Below, piece after piece: positions 61,365 through 64,000 of a stretch of 64,000 nt of DNA; positions within the stretch are counted from its first letter, which is position 1; each line of letters begins with the position of its first letter. A program made the position numbers and the translations under genes. The notes below the pieces were generated by a model, which was not told where the DNA came from, did not search any database, and saw only the letters and a list, made by a program, of their open reading frames with translations. Source of the DNA: an uncultured Desulfobacterales bacterium (GTDB lineage: Bacteria > Desulfobacterota > DSM-4660 > Desulfatiglandales > HGW-15); the NCBI GenBank assembly GCA_964647905.1, contig CAZYJR010000019.1, forward strand, positions 928 through 64,927, in the 5' to 3' direction.

Positions 61365-63539
61365 ATGTTCGAGCAAATAAAGAAGAGGGACGGCAGGGTG
61401 GTGGAGTTCGACTCCACCAAGATCACCGCTGCGATCGGCAGTGCAGGCGAGGCCACCGGCGAATTCGACGAGCGGGAGGCCAGAAAGCTCACCCTCAGGG
61501 TCCTAACTCTGGCCCATGAGCTGCGCCTGGGCCCGGTGCCGGAGGTGGAGGAGATCCAGGACATAGTCGAGCGGGTGCTCCTGGACTCGCCCTATCACCG
61601 TTCGGCAAAGGCCTACATCCTCTACCGCGAGCAGCATGCTCAGATAAGGGCCATCGCCACGCGGGCCAGCGTGGACCTGGTGGAGAACTACATAAGGAAG
61701 CTGGACTGGAAGATCAATGAAAACAGCAATATGTGCTATTCGCTCCAGGGCCTGAACAACTACATCTCCGCAGATGTAACGGCGGAGTACTGGCTCAACC
61801 GCATCTATCCCCCGGAAGTGCGGGAGGCGCACAAGGGCGGGGATTTCCATATCCACGACCTGAGCCTCCTTTCCATCTACTGCGTGGGATGGGACCTCAA
61901 GGACCTGCTGATCCAGGGATTCCGCGGGGTTGAAGGAAAAGTGGAGAGCAAGCCGCCGAAGCACTTCCGCTCAGCCCTCGGGCAGTTGGTCAATTTCTTC
62001 TACACCCTTCAGGGTGAGGCTGCCGGAGCCCAAGCGGTGAGCAGCTTCGACACCCTCCTGGCCCCTTTCGTGCGCAACGACGGGCTGGGCTACAAGGAAG
62101 TCAAGCAGTGCCTCCAGGAGTTCGTGTTCAACATCAATATCCCTACGCGGGTGGGTTTTCAGACCCCCTTCACAAACATCACCCTGGACCTGACCCCGCC
62201 TTCCACCCTCAGGGACCACCCGGTGATCGTCGGGGGCCGTGTGCTGGACGAGCCCTACAGTGAATACCAGGCGGAAATGGACATGATCAACCGGGCGTTT
62301 TCAGAGGTTATGATGGAAGGCGACGCCCGGGGAAGGGTGTTCACATTTCCCATCCCCACCTACAACATCACCAGGGACTTCGACTGGGACAACGGGAACC
62401 TGGAACCCGTCTGGCGGATGACCGGGAAGTACGGGATCCCGTATTTCTCCAATTTCGTCAACTCGGACATGTCGCCGGAGGACGCGCGCTCCATGTGCTG
62501 CCGCCTGCGCCTGGACAACCGAGAGCTGCTCAAGCGCGGGGGCGGCTTGTTCGGGGCCAATCCGCTGACCGGCTCGATCGGTGTTGTGACCATCAATCTG
62601 CCCCGCATAGGCTATCTCGCCCGGGACAAGGAGGACTTCTTCGACCGGCTGGGGCGCATGACTCGGCTTGCATGCGACAGCCTGACCATCAAGCGCAAGG
62701 TCCTGGAGCAGTTCACTGACAAGAACCTATACCCTTATTCCAGGTTCTACCTGCGGGACGTAAAAGAGGGAACAGGGCTCTACTGGAAGAATCATTTCTC
62801 CACCATCGGCATCATAGGCATGAACGAGGCCTGCCTGAACTTCCTGGGGTCTGACATAGGGACCGAGCACGGCCGCGGATTCGCCCTGCAGGTCATGGAC
62901 TTTCTCCGGGAGACCCTGGCCCGGGCGCAGGAGGAGACAGGGGACATCTTCAACCTGGAAGCAACCCCGGGAGAGGGTACGTCCTACAGGCTGGCCATGC
63001 TGGACAAGCAGCGCTTCCGTGACCTCCGGTGCGCGAACGACAGGGAGATACGCGAGGGGTCGTCGCCCTTCTACACCAACTCCACCCAGTTGCCTGTGAA
63101 TTACACCGACGACGTATTCGAGACCCTCCTGCTCCAGGACGAGCTGCAGTCCAAGTACACGGGCGGGACCGTGCTCCACGTGTACCTCGGCGAGCAGGTC
63201 CAGGACATCGAGGCGATCAAGGGCTTCTTGAAAAAGATCGTATACGGGTTCAAGCTCCCCTACTTCACCCTCACACCCACATTCAGCGTCTGCCCCTCTC
63301 ACGGGTACCTGAACGGCGAGCAACACGCCTGCCCCACCTGCAGCCAGGAGACAGAGGTCTACTCCCGCGTGGTGGGCTACCTCAGGCCGGTCAAGCAGTG
63401 GAACAAGGGCAAGCAGGCCGAGTTCTCCATGAGAAGGACCTTCAAACTGGAAGAGCCAGGGCGACACGCCGATCCGGCCGCCGGAGACGACTTCCTGCCG
63501 CACGCAGCCGTGGCCGCGAAAGCCGGACCATGGTCATAG
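61365..63539 (+). CDS. nrdD: anaerobic ribonucleoside-triphosphate reductase (class III)
   Basis: N-terminal ATP-cone (..KRDGRVVEFDSTKI..), a Zn-ribbon CPSHGY..CPTC, and glycyl-radical motif ..SRVVGYLRPV... 724 aa. Confidence 0.9.
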   Translation: MFEQIKKRDGRVVEFDSTKITAAIGSAGEATGEFDEREARKLTLRVLTLAHELRLGPVPEVEEIQDIVERVLLDSPYHRSAKAYILYREQHAQIRAIATRASVDLVENYIRKLDWKINENSNMCYSLQGLNNYISADVTAEYWLNRIYPPEVREAHKGGDFHIHDLSLLSIYCVGWDLKDLLIQGFRGVEGKVESKPPKHFRSALGQLVNFFYTLQGEAAGAQAVSSFDTLLAPFVRNDGLGYKEVKQCLQEFVFNINIPTRVGFQTPFTNITLDLTPPSTLRDHPVIVGGRVLDEPYSEYQAEMDMINRAFSEVMMEGDARGRVFTFPIPTYNITRDFDWDNGNLEPVWRMTGKYGIPYFSNFVNSDMSPEDARSMCCRLRLDNRELLKRGGGLFGANPLTGSIGVVTINLPRIGYLARDKEDFFDRLGRMTRLACDSLTIKRKVLEQFTDKNLYPYSRFYLRDVKEGTGLYWKNHFSTIGIIGMNEACLNFLGSDIGTEHGRGFALQVMDFLRETLARAQEETGDIFNLEATPGEGTSYRLAMLDKQRFRDLRCANDREIREGSSPFYTNSTQLPVNYTDDVFETLLLQDELQSKYTGGTVLHVYLGEQVQDIEAIKGFLKKIVYGFKLPYFTLTPTFSVCPSHGYLNGEQHACPTCSQETEVYSRVVGYLRPVKQWNKGKQAEFSMRRTFKLEEPGRHADPAAGDDFLPHAAVAAKAGPWS

Positions 63540-64000
63540 GAGGGATACAGAAGAGCTCCCTGATCGACTACCCGGGCAAGGTGAGTTGCGTGCTCTTCCT
63601 GTACGGTTGCAACTTCAGATGTCCCTACTGCCACAACCCGGAGCTCGTCAGGGATTCCGGCGCCTCGGGCGAAGGTGCCACGCCTGACGATGCCCTCGCG
63701 TTTCTCCGAAGCCGGAGGGACTTCCTGGATGGAGTTGTGATATCCGGAGGCGAGCCCACCCTGGCGGCCGACCTGCCCTCCCTTTGTGAAGACATCCGCA
63801 GCATGGGCTATTCAGTGAAGCTGGACACAAACGGCAGCAGGCCCGAGGCCATCAGGGCGCTACTCGAGGCCGGTCTGGTGGACTACGTGGCCATGGACAT
63901 CAAGACCGCCCCCAATAAGTACGGCGAGACGCCGGGCCTCCGGTGCGCACCGGCCCAAATCCTGGAGAGCATCCGTCTGGTCATGACCTCGGCGCCGGAC
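63530..64000 (+). CDS. nrdG: anaerobic ribonucleotide reductase activating protein (radical SAM), 3' end beyond window
   Basis: Not in the ORF track because it is open at the window edge. Hand translation from ATG 63530 gives MVIGGIQKSSLIDYPGKVSCVLFLYGCNFRCPYCHNPELV...VVISGGEPTL...KLDTNG... It overlaps the nrdD stop by 10 nt. Confidence 0.85.
   Translation, partial: MVIGGIQKSSLIDYPGKVSCVLFLYGCNFRCPYCHNPELVRDSGASGEGATPDDALAFLRSRRDFLDGVVISGGEPTLAADLPSLCEDIRSMGYSVKLDTNGSRPEAIRALLEAGLVDYVAMDIKTAPNKYGETPGLRCAPAQILESIRLVMTSAPD

Overview
High-GC (over 60 % by eye, not computed) chromosomal segment from a dissimilatory sulfite/sulfate-reducing bacterium of Desulfobacterota (deltaproteobacterial) type. 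That assignment is an inference from gene content. About 27 kb (7.6-35.7 kb) is one co-directional minus-strand run of housekeeping genes: prmC, prfA, rpmE, rho, rluD-like, carD, hppA, pth, L25, prs, ispE, degP-like, serA, mnmG, purA, ugd, cobA/hemD, hemC, ispD, SPFH/NfeD, udg, coaBC. Many of these are joined by 4-nt ATGA/GTGA overlaps. The left end carries a TetR regulator, etfBA, a tRNA-Met(CAT) and a frameshifted chemoreceptor. The right third carries a complete dsr core: dsrA-dsrB-dsrD, then a TPR protein and a YkgJ-type Cys-cluster protein, with divergent dsrN and dsrC. It also carries a class III ribonucleotide reductase (nrdD, nrdG). I found no CRISPR array, IS element, integrase or prophage. 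The four observations most worth follow-up are listed here. (1) A near-consensus sigma54 promoter plus a strong intrinsic terminator define a ~68-nt candidate small RNA with an anti-Shine-Dalgarno CCUCC stretch, immediately downstream of a histidine kinase and sigma54 enhancer-binding response regulator pair, with a perfect 7-4-7 palindrome ~110 bp upstream. (2) An Ogt/MGMT DNA-repair methyltransferase has TGA exactly at its active-site Cys codon, followed in frame by the conserved HRVV...GG...K..LL tail and a GC hairpin, so it is either a candidate selenoprotein or a very recent pseudogene. (3) A tightly translationally coupled four-gene cassette of unknown function (FmdB zinc ribbon, 81-aa protein, Cys-cluster/HEAT-like protein, 379-aa unknown) lies beside the dsr locus. 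(4) A ~2.3-kb AT-richer island encodes a secreted protein with ~14 blade-like repeats and a dockerin-like C-terminus. All coordinates and motifs were read by eye; no database search or folding computation was possible.
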